IMG/VR virus record: IMGVR_UViG_3300031992_000046
Location: 1 to 64,000 of that record
DNA length: 64,000 bases
Origin: a virus
Lineage: Duplodnaviria > Caudoviricetes
Direction: 5' to 3' (one strand)
In this document: positions 46,459-55,704 of the stretch, in pieces
How positions within the stretch are numbered: the stretch's first letter is position 1
How the letters are laid out: each line of letters begins with the position of its first letter
Notes under the pieces: generated by a model
Seen by the model: the letters and a program-made list of their open reading frames with translations, nothing else
Database searches by the model: none
Told to the model about the DNA's origin: nothing
Made by a program: the position numbers and the translations under genes

Positions 46459-49164
46459 ATGGCTGAATATATTATTCAGGACACATCTCTTAAAAATATA
46501 GCCGATGCGATACGAGCTAAAACGGGGGATACCGACCAAATGACCCCGGCTCAAATGGCGACGGAGATCGGTAATATTGAAACCGGCATTACACCTGCCG
46601 GCACAAAACAGGTGTCAGTTTCTCAAAACGGAACAGTTTTGGAAGACGTTTACGATTATGCAAATGTAAACATTAGTGTTGCGGTTCCTCAGCCGTCTGG
46701 GACGAAAAACATTTCAATTTCGCAGAACGGCACTACGACGGAAAATGTAAACGACTATTCAAGTGCGGAAATAACCGTTAACGTACCCAACACCTATGTT
46801 GCGGGAGACGAAGGAAAGGTGGTTCACAACGGAGGACTCGTCTCACAGACCGCTCACGCAAAAGTTGTACAGAATGGGACAATCGATACGACCCGGAATA
46901 ATAGCGTTCAAGTTGCAGTTCCGGCTTCTGCCGTTGATACCGGTACGAAAGCGATCTCGGCCAACGGAACGCATGACGTGGTTGGTTACGCGTCCGCAAG
47001 TGTTAATGTTCCTAACAGTTATTCCGCATCAGATGAAGGTAAGGTCGTAAGTGGCGGAGCATTAGTTAATCAAACCGCTCACTCGACGGTGACTTCGAAC
47101 GGGACTATAGACACTACTTTGAATAATAGTGTGACGGTTAATGTTCCTGAAAAGGTCTCCGAGTCTTGGCATCAGGACTCCGAAGCGGTGAGGAACTATA
47201 TCGCGGAAGTTGATTATACCAATGTGGCGTATACGGAGTCTGATATCGGGGACTACGCTCCGACTCCCGCAGTCCCGGCAACAAACACGAAACCCATCGG
47301 GAAGACCGTCGACGGTGTGACTTTTTATAACGAGGAGCCGGGCAAGAAGACTCCGTTCGCCACGACCAACAAAGCGGGCACTGTCGAGCCGCTTGATCAG
47401 GTCAGATGGATCAAATCTACAACGAGCAATATGCGCGACCTCGGCGGGTGGTCTTGCGACGGCGGGACGGTTCGGTACGGTCTTCTGTACAGATCGGGTG
47501 AGTTGAGCGCACAGGACGAAAGTCTGTTTATCGACGAACTCGGTATCAACACCGAATGCGATCTTACCGCGGACGGCGTTCCCGCGTTTCCCGGAAGGAT
47601 GAGGTTCATCGGGCATACGAGTTACGCGATGTATTCGCTTTCCAACACAGGCGCGTGGCTGACCAATCTGCGCGGGATAATCGGCGCGGTGGTCTACAGA
47701 GACCCCGTCGTGTTCCATTGCTCGATGGGCGCTGACAGAACGGGAACTCTCGCCTGCGTTCTCGAAGGTCTGCTCGGAGTCTCACAGAGCGATTGCGATA
47801 AGGACTATGAACTGACTTCGTTCTATTCGGAACGCGCGAGAAATAAAAACTATCAGGGTGGTACAACGGACTGGGCGCATCTTATCGGACAGATCAATGC
47901 TTTGAGCGGGAGTACGTTCCGTGACAAGTGTGTCACATTTGCCCTGTCTGTCGGCATTACGATAGACGAGATCAACGCATACAGAACTGCAATGATTGAT
48001 GGAACCCCTGAAGTTCTTCACGCGCCGACAGTCAATATTACGAACTCATTGACGAATTGTTCGACGAATAACTTAGCGACCACTATCGAAGAGTCAAAAT
48101 CATATTCCGCGACCATAACGGCTGATAGCGGTTACACGCTTGAGGGAGCGACGGTATCCGTCACGATGGGCGGTGTCGATATCACGGCTACGGCTTACGA
48201 CGAAGGCGTTATTTCGATTCCGTACGTCAGTGGCGCGATTGTCATCACGATAAGCGCGGAAGCGGAACAACATCTGAAGGAACTGTTTGACTTATCCACA
48301 ACAACGATAAATCAGCGGTTTAGCAGTTCGGGTGCTTTTTCGGCGCAGAACGGTAACTTCTGTACCGATTTTATCCCTGTCAGCGGTATAAACACATCTG
48401 AACCGTGGAGAATTCATATTCGTGAGATAGGAAATGATACGAGATTCCGCGCTACTGGCGCACAAGAAAGCATACTGTTCTGCAAGGCTGATAAGACCGT
48501 AATGAATCTGAACTATGGCAGATTCACCGTCAACAAAAATACAGGTACGAATAACACAATATGTAAATACGAAGATAGCAACGGTGGAGTATATATGGAT
48601 ATCAATAAAACAAGTGACGGAAATTATATACCCACAAGTTACTTCGATATTACACAGGTCGCTTATATCCGAATCTGTGTGACCTACACGGGCAACATTA
48701 CAATTACTGACGTGAACGCCCTTGCCAATGTCAGCATTACCGCGGACAAGATTACAGATGAAGGCGGCAGTGACGAACCGACCAACCTGTTTGACGAGAA
48801 TGACGCAGATGTGACTTTAGGAGCGCGAATCAATTCTTCGGGAGGTGCGGTTGCTTACGCTGACGGACAGCTTGTGACTGGATTTATTCCTGCTGTGGCT
48901 GGCGATGTATTCAGGATTGAAACGGACAAAGCACTCGACACAAATAGCTATACTGGAATGCTTGCAACATACACATCCGCGAAGGGTTATATTTGGTCAT
49001 CCGGCCATGCTAACAATCAAGCGTGGACATTTGATGCTGGCGGATTGACAGGTACAGCTACTGTGCTGTCTGACGTTGGTGGTCACGACCAAACTGGAAC
49101 AGCTTATGTGCGGTTCTGTGTGGCGTATACTGATATCAACAACATAAAGATTTATAAGCAGTAG
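46459..49164 (+). CDS. Multidomain fibre-like protein with a cysteine (tyrosine/lipid) phosphatase domain
   Basis: Repeats, then NMRDLGG, LYRSGEL, VVFHCSMGADRTG, DYELT; C-terminal beta-sandwich-like domains ending YIRIC/YVRFC. Confidence 0.85.
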   Translation: MAEYIIQDTSLKNIADAIRAKTGDTDQMTPAQMATEIGNIETGITPAGTKQVSVSQNGTVLEDVYDYANVNISVAVPQPSGTKNISISQNGTTTENVNDYSSAEITVNVPNTYVAGDEGKVVHNGGLVSQTAHAKVVQNGTIDTTRNNSVQVAVPASAVDTGTKAISANGTHDVVGYASASVNVPNSYSASDEGKVVSGGALVNQTAHSTVTSNGTIDTTLNNSVTVNVPEKVSESWHQDSEAVRNYIAEVDYTNVAYTESDIGDYAPTPAVPATNTKPIGKTVDGVTFYNEEPGKKTPFATTNKAGTVEPLDQVRWIKSTTSNMRDLGGWSCDGGTVRYGLLYRSGELSAQDESLFIDELGINTECDLTADGVPAFPGRMRFIGHTSYAMYSLSNTGAWLTNLRGIIGAVVYRDPVVFHCSMGADRTGTLACVLEGLLGVSQSDCDKDYELTSFYSERARNKNYQGGTTDWAHLIGQINALSGSTFRDKCVTFALSVGITIDEINAYRTAMIDGTPEVLHAPTVNITNSLTNCSTNNLATTIEESKSYSATITADSGYTLEGATVSVTMGGVDITATAYDEGVISIPYVSGAIVITISAEAEQHLKELFDLSTTTINQRFSSSGAFSAQNGNFCTDFIPVSGINTSEPWRIHIREIGNDTRFRATGAQESILFCKADKTVMNLNYGRFTVNKNTGTNNTICKYEDSNGGVYMDINKTSDGNYIPTSYFDITQVAYIRICVTYTGNITITDVNALANVSITADKITDEGGSDEPTNLFDENDADVTLGARINSSGGAVAYADGQLVTGFIPAVAGDVFRIETDKALDTNSYTGMLATYTSAKGYIWSSGHANNQAWTFDAGGLTGTATVLSDVGGHDQTGTAYVRFCVAYTDINNIKIYKQ

Positions 49165-49216
49165 GAAAACGCGATCAAAAAGTGCGTACTTCCGAACCCA
49201 CAAGGAGAACACGCAT

Positions 49217-51448
49217 ATGATAGAACTTGTACGGGAGGGTGTGATCCCAAACACACACAATAAGAGATACATCATAGATTCGCCCGAAGAAAGAAGCAAC
49301 CTCGAGGTCGATTTCGGTAATGAAGCGTATTGCATCTCTAACAAGACTACGTATATTTGTAACGGTTCGGGCGTATACGTAGAAAAAGAATCGAGCGGAG
49401 GAGGCGGCGGAGCCTCCGCCGCTCCGCTCATAGTCACTCTTACTTTCACGGGCACTGGTATGACATCGCTCACCGCGAATGTTACGAATGGAGAAATTGC
49501 AAACGCAATAGCTGCTGGTCGACAGGTTTGGGTCGGTGTTGTAGAAGAAAGTATGAGCGGCAATCATTTTTATGCACCCATTACACAAACGCACGACGTG
49601 GATTCTTCATTTAGCGGATGCTCCGCCGATGTGACAATATATGATTATGTTTATACCGTGTACAATTATAGTGACGACCCGAGTAACACTTCATGGGAAT
49701 CAACGATTAACGATGTGTTCAAAACTTCGGTGTGGTTTGATACAACAACGGGTGAGTTTGTTGGTGCTGACTCTTTAGGCGAAATTGCTGACGCGTATTT
49801 TCGAGGAATACCTGTGTTAGTTACTTTCGAAGGTATTAGAGAAAATACGAATTTTACATTGCCCATATCATACACTTCATGGGTAAGCACATCTAATGTA
49901 CTTTCTATGCGAATTGAAGCGTACGACCAGGATTCACATTATCTCTTTATAGCGTCAATAACTGGTGATGAGTCTCAAAAACAGTGGGTTATTGATCCTG
50001 TACCAATCGCTAATATGAGAAACGTAACCTATAATGAATTACGCGCAATGGTTTCGACCGGTAAATTGGCTCCTGGAATGCAGTACAGAATAATCGACTA
50101 TTCAACCATTATTAACGGAACCTATGATCTCTCCGACATGGGCGCCCAGGGATATGTCCACTATGCACGTTCGGCACGAAATGATTTCTTTGATATTATT
50201 GTTACTGCCGACGATGCCTCACACCTCAATGAAAACGCTCGTGCTTGCAGAAGAGAGGGGTCAACCTACGCTCCCGACGCGAAACCTGAGGCGTGGGAAA
50301 TACACTACACGATAGACAACGATCCGACGAAGTACGCGTGGGCAGACTCAACTAATGGCAAGGGCGTTATCTACTATATGAAAGATGAGCATAATAATTC
50401 TGCTTGGTATGATTTTAAGAATATTCAATTCTTACGATATGCATTGAAAATTGCTGATGATATACCCAGTGACATTGCAGAAATGATAACTCCTTCAAAT
50501 GATCTTTCGTTATATTATGACAGTAATAATTATCCTTGGAGAAGATATGGAGACATTCTCCACTTATCTACCGCATTATCATATTATATGAATACAGGAT
50601 CGTATACGAACCCATTTTTTACAACGTGGAATGGAGACACTAATGCGCATATCTATGATTTCTACGTTGGTGATAATATCTTAGGCACAGTTGAATTTCC
50701 AGAAGTCGATGAAACATATCTTTCAACTTTTAATGCAGACTGGTATTATACATTTGGAATATATGATAATGGGACTCTTTTGGATGCATCAGTATATCGT
50801 TTTGGATGCGTAAACAATCACATAGAGATGGGTACTGATCTATATGGGCAATTTACAAATAATCCAGTAACCGGATTAAATGGTTCGGTTATAATCTATG
50901 ATGACCTTGTATACGACGTTCATATCGGAGTGAATTGTTTACAAAATACCGTATCATCAGATAAGGTGATTATTGACGACAATAGTGAGGGTAATATAGT
51001 TGTATACTGGAAAGAGGTCAATCTTTCAAGAGGATGTTACGCTAATATTATCGATGGCGAATCATCAGATATTACATTAACTCAGTGCGATCATTTTTGG
51101 TTTTGGTGGTCATCAGACATAAATATTGATGGCGGAACTGGTTCATCATTTGTTGAAAGTAGTGATATATCGTTACCAAGAACTGTCCAGTCTTGTTCTT
51201 TTAATTATTGTCAACATATATCTTCAAATGCCACTTCAATTAGCCACGTCCATGCTGACACTCTTCGTCATGCTTTACTCGTAGGCGTTATATCAAGTGT
51301 AACTTTCCCAAAAACACTGGCAAGCCCTCACACACACGAAGTCATAGGTATGCTTAATCAGTCGCAGAAGGCTTGGCATATAAGCAAAACTGGTTATAAT
51401 CAAGAGACCGTACTCAGTACTACCGATGGCGGACAGACATGGTCATAA
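49217..51448 (+). CDS. Putative tail fibre/receptor-binding protein
   Basis: Shared N-terminal module; GKGVIYYMKDEHNN..YDFKNIQF; AT-rich, beta-helix-like C-terminus. Confidence 0.7.
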   Translation: MIELVREGVIPNTHNKRYIIDSPEERSNLEVDFGNEAYCISNKTTYICNGSGVYVEKESSGGGGGASAAPLIVTLTFTGTGMTSLTANVTNGEIANAIAAGRQVWVGVVEESMSGNHFYAPITQTHDVDSSFSGCSADVTIYDYVYTVYNYSDDPSNTSWESTINDVFKTSVWFDTTTGEFVGADSLGEIADAYFRGIPVLVTFEGIRENTNFTLPISYTSWVSTSNVLSMRIEAYDQDSHYLFIASITGDESQKQWVIDPVPIANMRNVTYNELRAMVSTGKLAPGMQYRIIDYSTIINGTYDLSDMGAQGYVHYARSARNDFFDIIVTADDASHLNENARACRREGSTYAPDAKPEAWEIHYTIDNDPTKYAWADSTNGKGVIYYMKDEHNNSAWYDFKNIQFLRYALKIADDIPSDIAEMITPSNDLSLYYDSNNYPWRRYGDILHLSTALSYYMNTGSYTNPFFTTWNGDTNAHIYDFYVGDNILGTVEFPEVDETYLSTFNADWYYTFGIYDNGTLLDASVYRFGCVNNHIEMGTDLYGQFTNNPVTGLNGSVIIYDDLVYDVHIGVNCLQNTVSSDKVIIDDNSEGNIVVYWKEVNLSRGCYANIIDGESSDITLTQCDHFWFWWSSDINIDGGTGSSFVESSDISLPRTVQSCSFNYCQHISSNATSISHVHADTLRHALLVGVISSVTFPKTLASPHTHEVIGMLNQSQKAWHISKTGYNQETVLSTTDGGQTWS

Positions 51449-51473
51449 CAGCCGTAATATATTAAGGCGGCTT

Positions 51474-51507
51474 ATAGCGAACTATCATTGTAATGATAGT
51501 TCGCTAT
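51474..51507. repeat. Perfect 16-bp inverted repeat around GT (candidate attP and/or terminator)
   Basis: ATAGCGAACTATCATT-GT-AATGATAGTTCGCTAT between convergent genes, next to the integrase stop. Confidence 0.8.
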
Positions 51508-51541
51508 TTCTTTACTTGGAGTAGAGGATAAAATGAAAGTT

Positions 51542-53272
51542 TTAGATTCGAACTCCAACAGAGAAGCGGTATGTTTCTGTGTGAGAGTCTACCCGGCGAT
51601 TAACTCGTGTGAAAGAAATATTTCGTATGGGTAAGATGTTCTTAATCGTGTGTCCCGTACGAAGTCCTTTTGCCAAGGTTTTTGACAACGTTTCGCCTGT
51701 AAAGATTTTCACTTCAAGCGCAGCGGTTGTTTCGTTAATCGGGGTGACGAAAATTTTGTCGATATAGGTGTCGACAAACCCTTTGTCGACCATACTTTTA
51801 TTTGCTGATTTTGCGGCGTCCGACAGAGTCTTGCGGATTATTTTAATCTGTTCGCTAATGGACTCTTGGGACGCCGCTGCTTCTCTCAGTTCTCCCAGCT
51901 CACTCTCTGCGTCAGATATCTCCTTGGTGCATTGTTCGTTTAACCGCAGAAAATCCTTATCGCTTAGCTTACCTGATACATTGTACTCCAAGAGTTTAGA
52001 CTGCTTTTTGAGGGCTACGTCGCGCTTCGCCTCAGTCTTCTTGATTTGGGACTCTATGTTCCGGTCTCCGAAGGCCTCGCGGTACATTGCAACGTATTCC
52101 TCGATAAGCAGTTCGACGTTGATTTCGGTTTCGGTAAATACCTCGAGAAGTATCGGTTTGATTTCATTTTCGTAGATTGAAAAAGAGGGGCAGTGGTCGG
52201 CACCGTTATTGATTTTGCCCGAGCAAATCCACAGACTGTTAACGTTTCCTTTCTTATCTTTTACCGCGCGTCGGTAATATGGCTTCCCACAGTGCGTGCA
52301 AATCAGTTTTCCGGTCAGCAGATTGGGGTGGTTACATATCCCTTTGCGGGATTTAACGTCGTCACTGCGCTTTGTGAGCACGCGATTTGCGGCGTCCCAC
52401 AATTCTTCGGTTACAATTGCAGGGACGATATCGCCTGTTTCGTCTTTGAACATTACCCACTCCTCAGGGGGCAGGAATTTTTGCTTCTTGGAGAACATAT
52501 CGACGATTTTTACTTTATTCCCGACGTAGTACCCTTTGTATTTCGGGTTGGCTATGATGCCCGAAAGGGTATTGTGCATGATTTTATTGCCGTTGTGGTT
52601 ACGATAACCTCTCTCATAGAAGATTTCTTCGATTTGTTTCATACTGTATTCGCCTGTGGCGTACAGTTCGAACAGTTCTTTGACCATTTCGGCTTGTTCG
52701 GGATCGATTTGGAGCCTCCCGCCGTCTTTAATGTATCCGAAAATGCGGCTGTTGCCGAGAACAACCGACGATTTTATCGCTTGCTGATGCCCGAAACGCA
52801 CTCTCGAGGACAGTTTGCGCAATTCGTCTTGTGCTATCGATGACATAATCGACAGGCGAAGCTCGGAATCTTCGTCGAAGGTGTTTATGTTGTCGTTCTG
52901 GAAGTAAACACCGACACCTGCGGCGAGAAGTTGCCTTGTGTAACGTATCGAGTCAAGGGTATTACGTGCAAAACGCGAGATTTCTTTCGTAATTATCAGG
53001 TCAAAGTCGCCGTTTTCGGCGTCGGCGATCATACGGTTGAAGTTCTCGCGCTTTTTTGTCGACATACCCGATATTCCCTCATCAATATATCCCGGGCAGT
53101 ATGTCCAGTTGGGATTTTTTGAGATGAAATCCTTATAATACGAGACCTGATTGTCCAAAGAGTTGATTTGTTCGTCGCTCTCTGACGAAACTCGGGCGTA
53201 AAATGTTACGCGGAGCGGAATATCGTAAACAGATTTAGTTTTTAGCGAGGTTCGGATGTCGTGGATGTCCAT
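51542..53272 (-). CDS. Large serine recombinase (integrase)
   Basis: YARVSS, DEGISG, KEISRFARN; recombinase domain; Zn ribbon CTHCG; coiled coil. Confidence 0.95.
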   Translation of the reverse strand: MDIHDIRTSLKTKSVYDIPLRVTFYARVSSESDEQINSLDNQVSYYKDFISKNPNWTYCPGYIDEGISGMSTKKRENFNRMIADAENGDFDLIITKEISRFARNTLDSIRYTRQLLAAGVGVYFQNDNINTFDEDSELRLSIMSSIAQDELRKLSSRVRFGHQQAIKSSVVLGNSRIFGYIKDGGRLQIDPEQAEMVKELFELYATGEYSMKQIEEIFYERGYRNHNGNKIMHNTLSGIIANPKYKGYYVGNKVKIVDMFSKKQKFLPPEEWVMFKDETGDIVPAIVTEELWDAANRVLTKRSDDVKSRKGICNHPNLLTGKLICTHCGKPYYRRAVKDKKGNVNSLWICSGKINNGADHCPSFSIYENEIKPILLEVFTETEINVELLIEEYVAMYREAFGDRNIESQIKKTEAKRDVALKKQSKLLEYNVSGKLSDKDFLRLNEQCTKEISDAESELGELREAAASQESISEQIKIIRKTLSDAAKSANKSMVDKGFVDTYIDKIFVTPINETTAALEVKIFTGETLSKTLAKGLRTGHTIKNILPIRNISFTRVNRRVDSHTETYRFSVGVRI

Positions 53273-53304
53273 ATTTGCCTCTTCGTAAAATCATCATTTT
53301 ATAT

Positions 53305-53333
53305 ATCATATCACATCACTCCGAAACTGTCAA
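53305..53333 (-). promoter_or_regulatory. sigmaA promoter of the integrase
   Basis: TTGACA-17-TATGAT with TGn extension. Confidence 0.75.
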
Positions 53334-53383
53334 GTTTTTTGTAAAAAATCCCGCAAGCCCTTATTTTAGGCGGATTTTTGGCG

Positions 53384-53421
53384 AAAAAAGAAAGCCGGCG
53401 CGTAAGCGCCGGCTTATTTTT
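53384..53421 (-). terminator. Intrinsic terminator, possibly bidirectional
   Basis: AAGCCGGCGC/GCGCCGGCTT stem with A and T tracts on both sides. Confidence 0.8.
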
Positions 53422-53422
53422 C

Positions 53423-54058
53423 TCAAGTGCAAATGTCTACTATATGTTCGCACAGTTCAATCGGTATCTTAGCTCTCTCACGTGCATTTTGCAGACCCTG
53501 AGTACCGGTCTGTGAGCCGCGAGGAGCCGCAACGTGGCATCTGTCACCCTGTTTGCAGGGCGGTTTGAATTGCGGGTCGGGGTGGTTAGTCCATATATCA
53601 GTCGGCTTCATCCTTTTCTCGCCGTACTGACAGTAAGTCACCGTATATCGCGGCAAATCTTTGACAAAATCCATTTTCCGCATTCCACCGCAAGGATTTT
53701 CAATAAAATAATACTTTGGGTTGAGTTCTTTTATCAGTTCAACAACGTGTGAGTTGATAGTATCGCACTGCGCTGCGTATTCCGATATCGGGTCTAAGTT
53801 ACCCGTCTCCGGATTTTTTCTTCTGTGGCGGCTGATTGCCGCTACGCTGTACGAAGTGCAGTCAGGAGACGCCCAGATGACGTCGGGGCAACCTCCACAG
53901 AGTTTAATTATATCATCGGCGGTCAAAGCACCTATGTCGGCGCACAGAGTCGGCTCGAATTCGGGGTTCCAGTCAACAGAATAGACTTCGTGCCCTCCTC
54001 GCCGCTCGAACGCGTTGGCAATAGACTTCGTGCCGCAGAACAGGTCTAAAATTTTAAT
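53423..54058 (-). CDS. Short C5 cytosine DNA methyltransferase (ATT start inferred)
   Basis: Frame extends upstream of the ORF call to KILDLFCG (motif I); SPDC (IV); IENP (VI); GGAGGG-N6-ATT. Confidence 0.8.
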   Translation of the reverse strand: MKILDLFCGTKSIANAFERRGGHEVYSVDWNPEFEPTLCADIGALTADDIIKLCGGCPDVIWASPDCTSYSVAAISRHRRKNPETGNLDPISEYAAQCDTINSHVVELIKELNPKYYFIENPCGGMRKMDFVKDLPRYTVTYCQYGEKRMKPTDIWTNHPDPQFKPPCKQGDRCHVAAPRGSQTGTQGLQNARERAKIPIELCEHIVDICT

Positions 54059-54079
54059 GGCAATCCCTCCTGAGGCAAT

Positions 54080-54109
54080 AAAAAAAGACCGGCGCCGAAG
54101 CGCCGGTCT
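54080..54109 (-). terminator. Intrinsic terminator
   Basis: AGACCGGCGC-TTCG-GCGCCGGTCT plus a T tract on the minus strand. Confidence 0.85.
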
Positions 54110-54123
54110 ACTAACTGTCGTTA

Positions 54124-54282
54124 CTAAGTTCTGGCGTGCGTCTTTTCGCCGCTTATGATGCGCGCTGCCATTTTGTTATACTCTTCGCGGCTTATTAAAC
54201 CCGCTGAGTACAGGCTCTTGTTGAAATACTCGAGCCACAGGCGACGCGCGACGGCGTTTTTGTCCCTTTCATTCCTTGACAT
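54124..54282 (-). CDS. Small hypothetical protein (52 aa)
   Basis: GGGAG SD; ATG 54282 directly after the dUTPase stop. Confidence 0.65.
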   Translation of the reverse strand: MSRNERDKNAVARRLWLEYFNKSLYSAGLISREEYNKMAARIISGEKTHART

Positions 54283-54283
54283 A

Positions 54284-54715
54284 TCAGACTCCCGTGCTTC
54301 CGAAACCGCCCGTTCCGCGTCCTGTTTCACTCAGCTCGTCGGCCTCGATAAAATCAGCCACGGCGTGCGCCTGAAACACGATTTGGGCTATCCGGTCTCC
54401 TTTGTTTATGGTCTGGGCTTCGTGGCTGTCGTTATACAGCGCTACGAAAACCTCTCCACGATAGTCTGTGTCGATTACACCTACGCAATTCGCCGGCCTG
54501 AGCCCGCGCTTGAGCGCAAGCCCGCTGCGGGCGTATATATTTCCCGTATACCCGTAGGGTATCTCGAGCGCAATGCCCGTTCCTATAAGCTTGGATTCCC
54601 CCGGGTATATCACTACGCTGTCACTTGCCGAATAGAGGTCATATCCTCCGGCGTACAGGCTTTCCCGCGTCGGTACGTGCGCATCTTCGCGCAACATTTT
54701 CAACTTAACTTTCAT
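54284..54715 (-). CDS. dut: Trimeric dUTPase (start could be 54736)
   Basis: AGGYDL, ARSGLA, GVIDTDYRGE, GDRIAQ, RGTGGFGSTG. Confidence 0.95.
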   Translation of the reverse strand: MKVKLKMLREDAHVPTRESLYAGGYDLYSASDSVVIYPGESKLIGTGIALEIPYGYTGNIYARSGLALKRGLRPANCVGVIDTDYRGEVFVALYNDSHEAQTINKGDRIAQIVFQAHAVADFIEADELSETGRGTGGFGSTGV

Positions 54716-55082
54716 AGAAGTCATCTTCCTCATCATTATTTTCCTCACCGTTATCGCAGTCGAATTTTGACAGTCGTATCTCATTGAGGCGGTAGAACTC
54801 GCTCCGCCCCCAGTCTGCGCCATCTTCGTCGCAAATCCTCATTTCAATCAGATAGTCACCGTTACCAAGCGGCGTCATATCTTTTACCCTGCCGAACGCG
54901 TAATGACTTCCGGTAAATTCGGTTTCATCCATAAACTTGTGTTCTTCTTCGTATGGAGTGAACATTCTGCGGTAAACAGTGAAGCGATATATTCTGTCGT
55001 AGCTCGCGCAGAGCATATCTATTGGCGTTCTGAGGCTCCAAAACTCGCCCAGAATATTCTGTGCGTTATTTTCTGCACTCAT
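54705..55082 (-). CDS. Hypothetical protein
   Basis: GGAGGG SD; operon spacing. Confidence 0.7.
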   Translation of the reverse strand: MSAENNAQNILGEFWSLRTPIDMLCASYDRIYRFTVYRRMFTPYEEEHKFMDETEFTGSHYAFGRVKDMTPLGNGDYLIEMRICDEDGADWGRSEFYRLNEIRLSKFDCDNGEENNDEEDDFYES

Positions 55083-55084
55083 CT

Positions 55085-55504
55085 TCAGTTCCCTCCGGGC
55101 GGTTCAAGTGATATGAATTCAAATTGATCGAAGACGTTCGGTACAAATGCGCCAATCCAAGCGTCATACTGAAGTTTTCTGTATCGGGCAAGATCCTCGT
55201 TCCACCTGCGTATCTGGTCAACGAGCTGTTGCTTGCCGACGTCGTTATCGTTGTCGTAAAAATTGTTTTCCCATTGATACGTCAGCATTTCATATCGCAT
55301 CTGGTTTTCTGATACTTGGGCGTCGAGCCCTATGTACATATAAGCCAGGACGATAACTGCCAAGACAGTCAAAATACCGAACAGTATGGACAAAGCGCTC
55401 CCTACTGTTTCCTCGGCGTCGTAGGCGCAGCGGCTGAAGTTATAGTGGATTAGTAAACCTATCCCTGTCAGCAGCCCGACTATAAAGATTATCAGCAGAA
55501 TCAT
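55085..55504 (-). CDS. Hypothetical membrane protein (2 TM)
   Basis: Two hydrophobic segments; AAGGAG SD. Confidence 0.75.
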   Translation of the reverse strand: MILLIIFIVGLLTGIGLLIHYNFSRCAYDAEETVGSALSILFGILTVLAVIVLAYMYIGLDAQVSENQMRYEMLTYQWENNFYDNDNDVGKQQLVDQIRRWNEDLARYRKLQYDAWIGAFVPNVFDQFEFISLEPPGGN

Positions 55505-55515
55505 TGTTTTTCTCC

Positions 55516-55704
55516 TTAATCTACAAAAGAACGTTTACAGTATTGGCAGCCTGTAATCAGCTGGGACGAGGCGACCTCATCGGAGATCGCCCTGTCGCCT
55601 GCAAATATGTTTGCACCGCAAAAGCAACGCCCGTCGCTCGGAGCGAAGAAGGGGAACTTATTCTTCTTACAGTATTCAAACTGGAGTTCCGCCTGTTTTA
55701 TCAC
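55516..55704 (-). CDS. Small Cys-rich (Zn-binding) protein
   Basis: FAPSDGRCFCG...ITGCQYC; GTGA overlap with the upstream stop. Confidence 0.7.
   Translation of the reverse strand: MIKQAELQFEYCKKNKFPFFAPSDGRCFCGANIFAGDRAISDEVASSQLITGCQYCKRSFVD

Noticed and set aside
53926-54058. Truncated or frameshifted methyltransferase
   Set aside because: The frame is open through motif I up to an SD-linked ATT.
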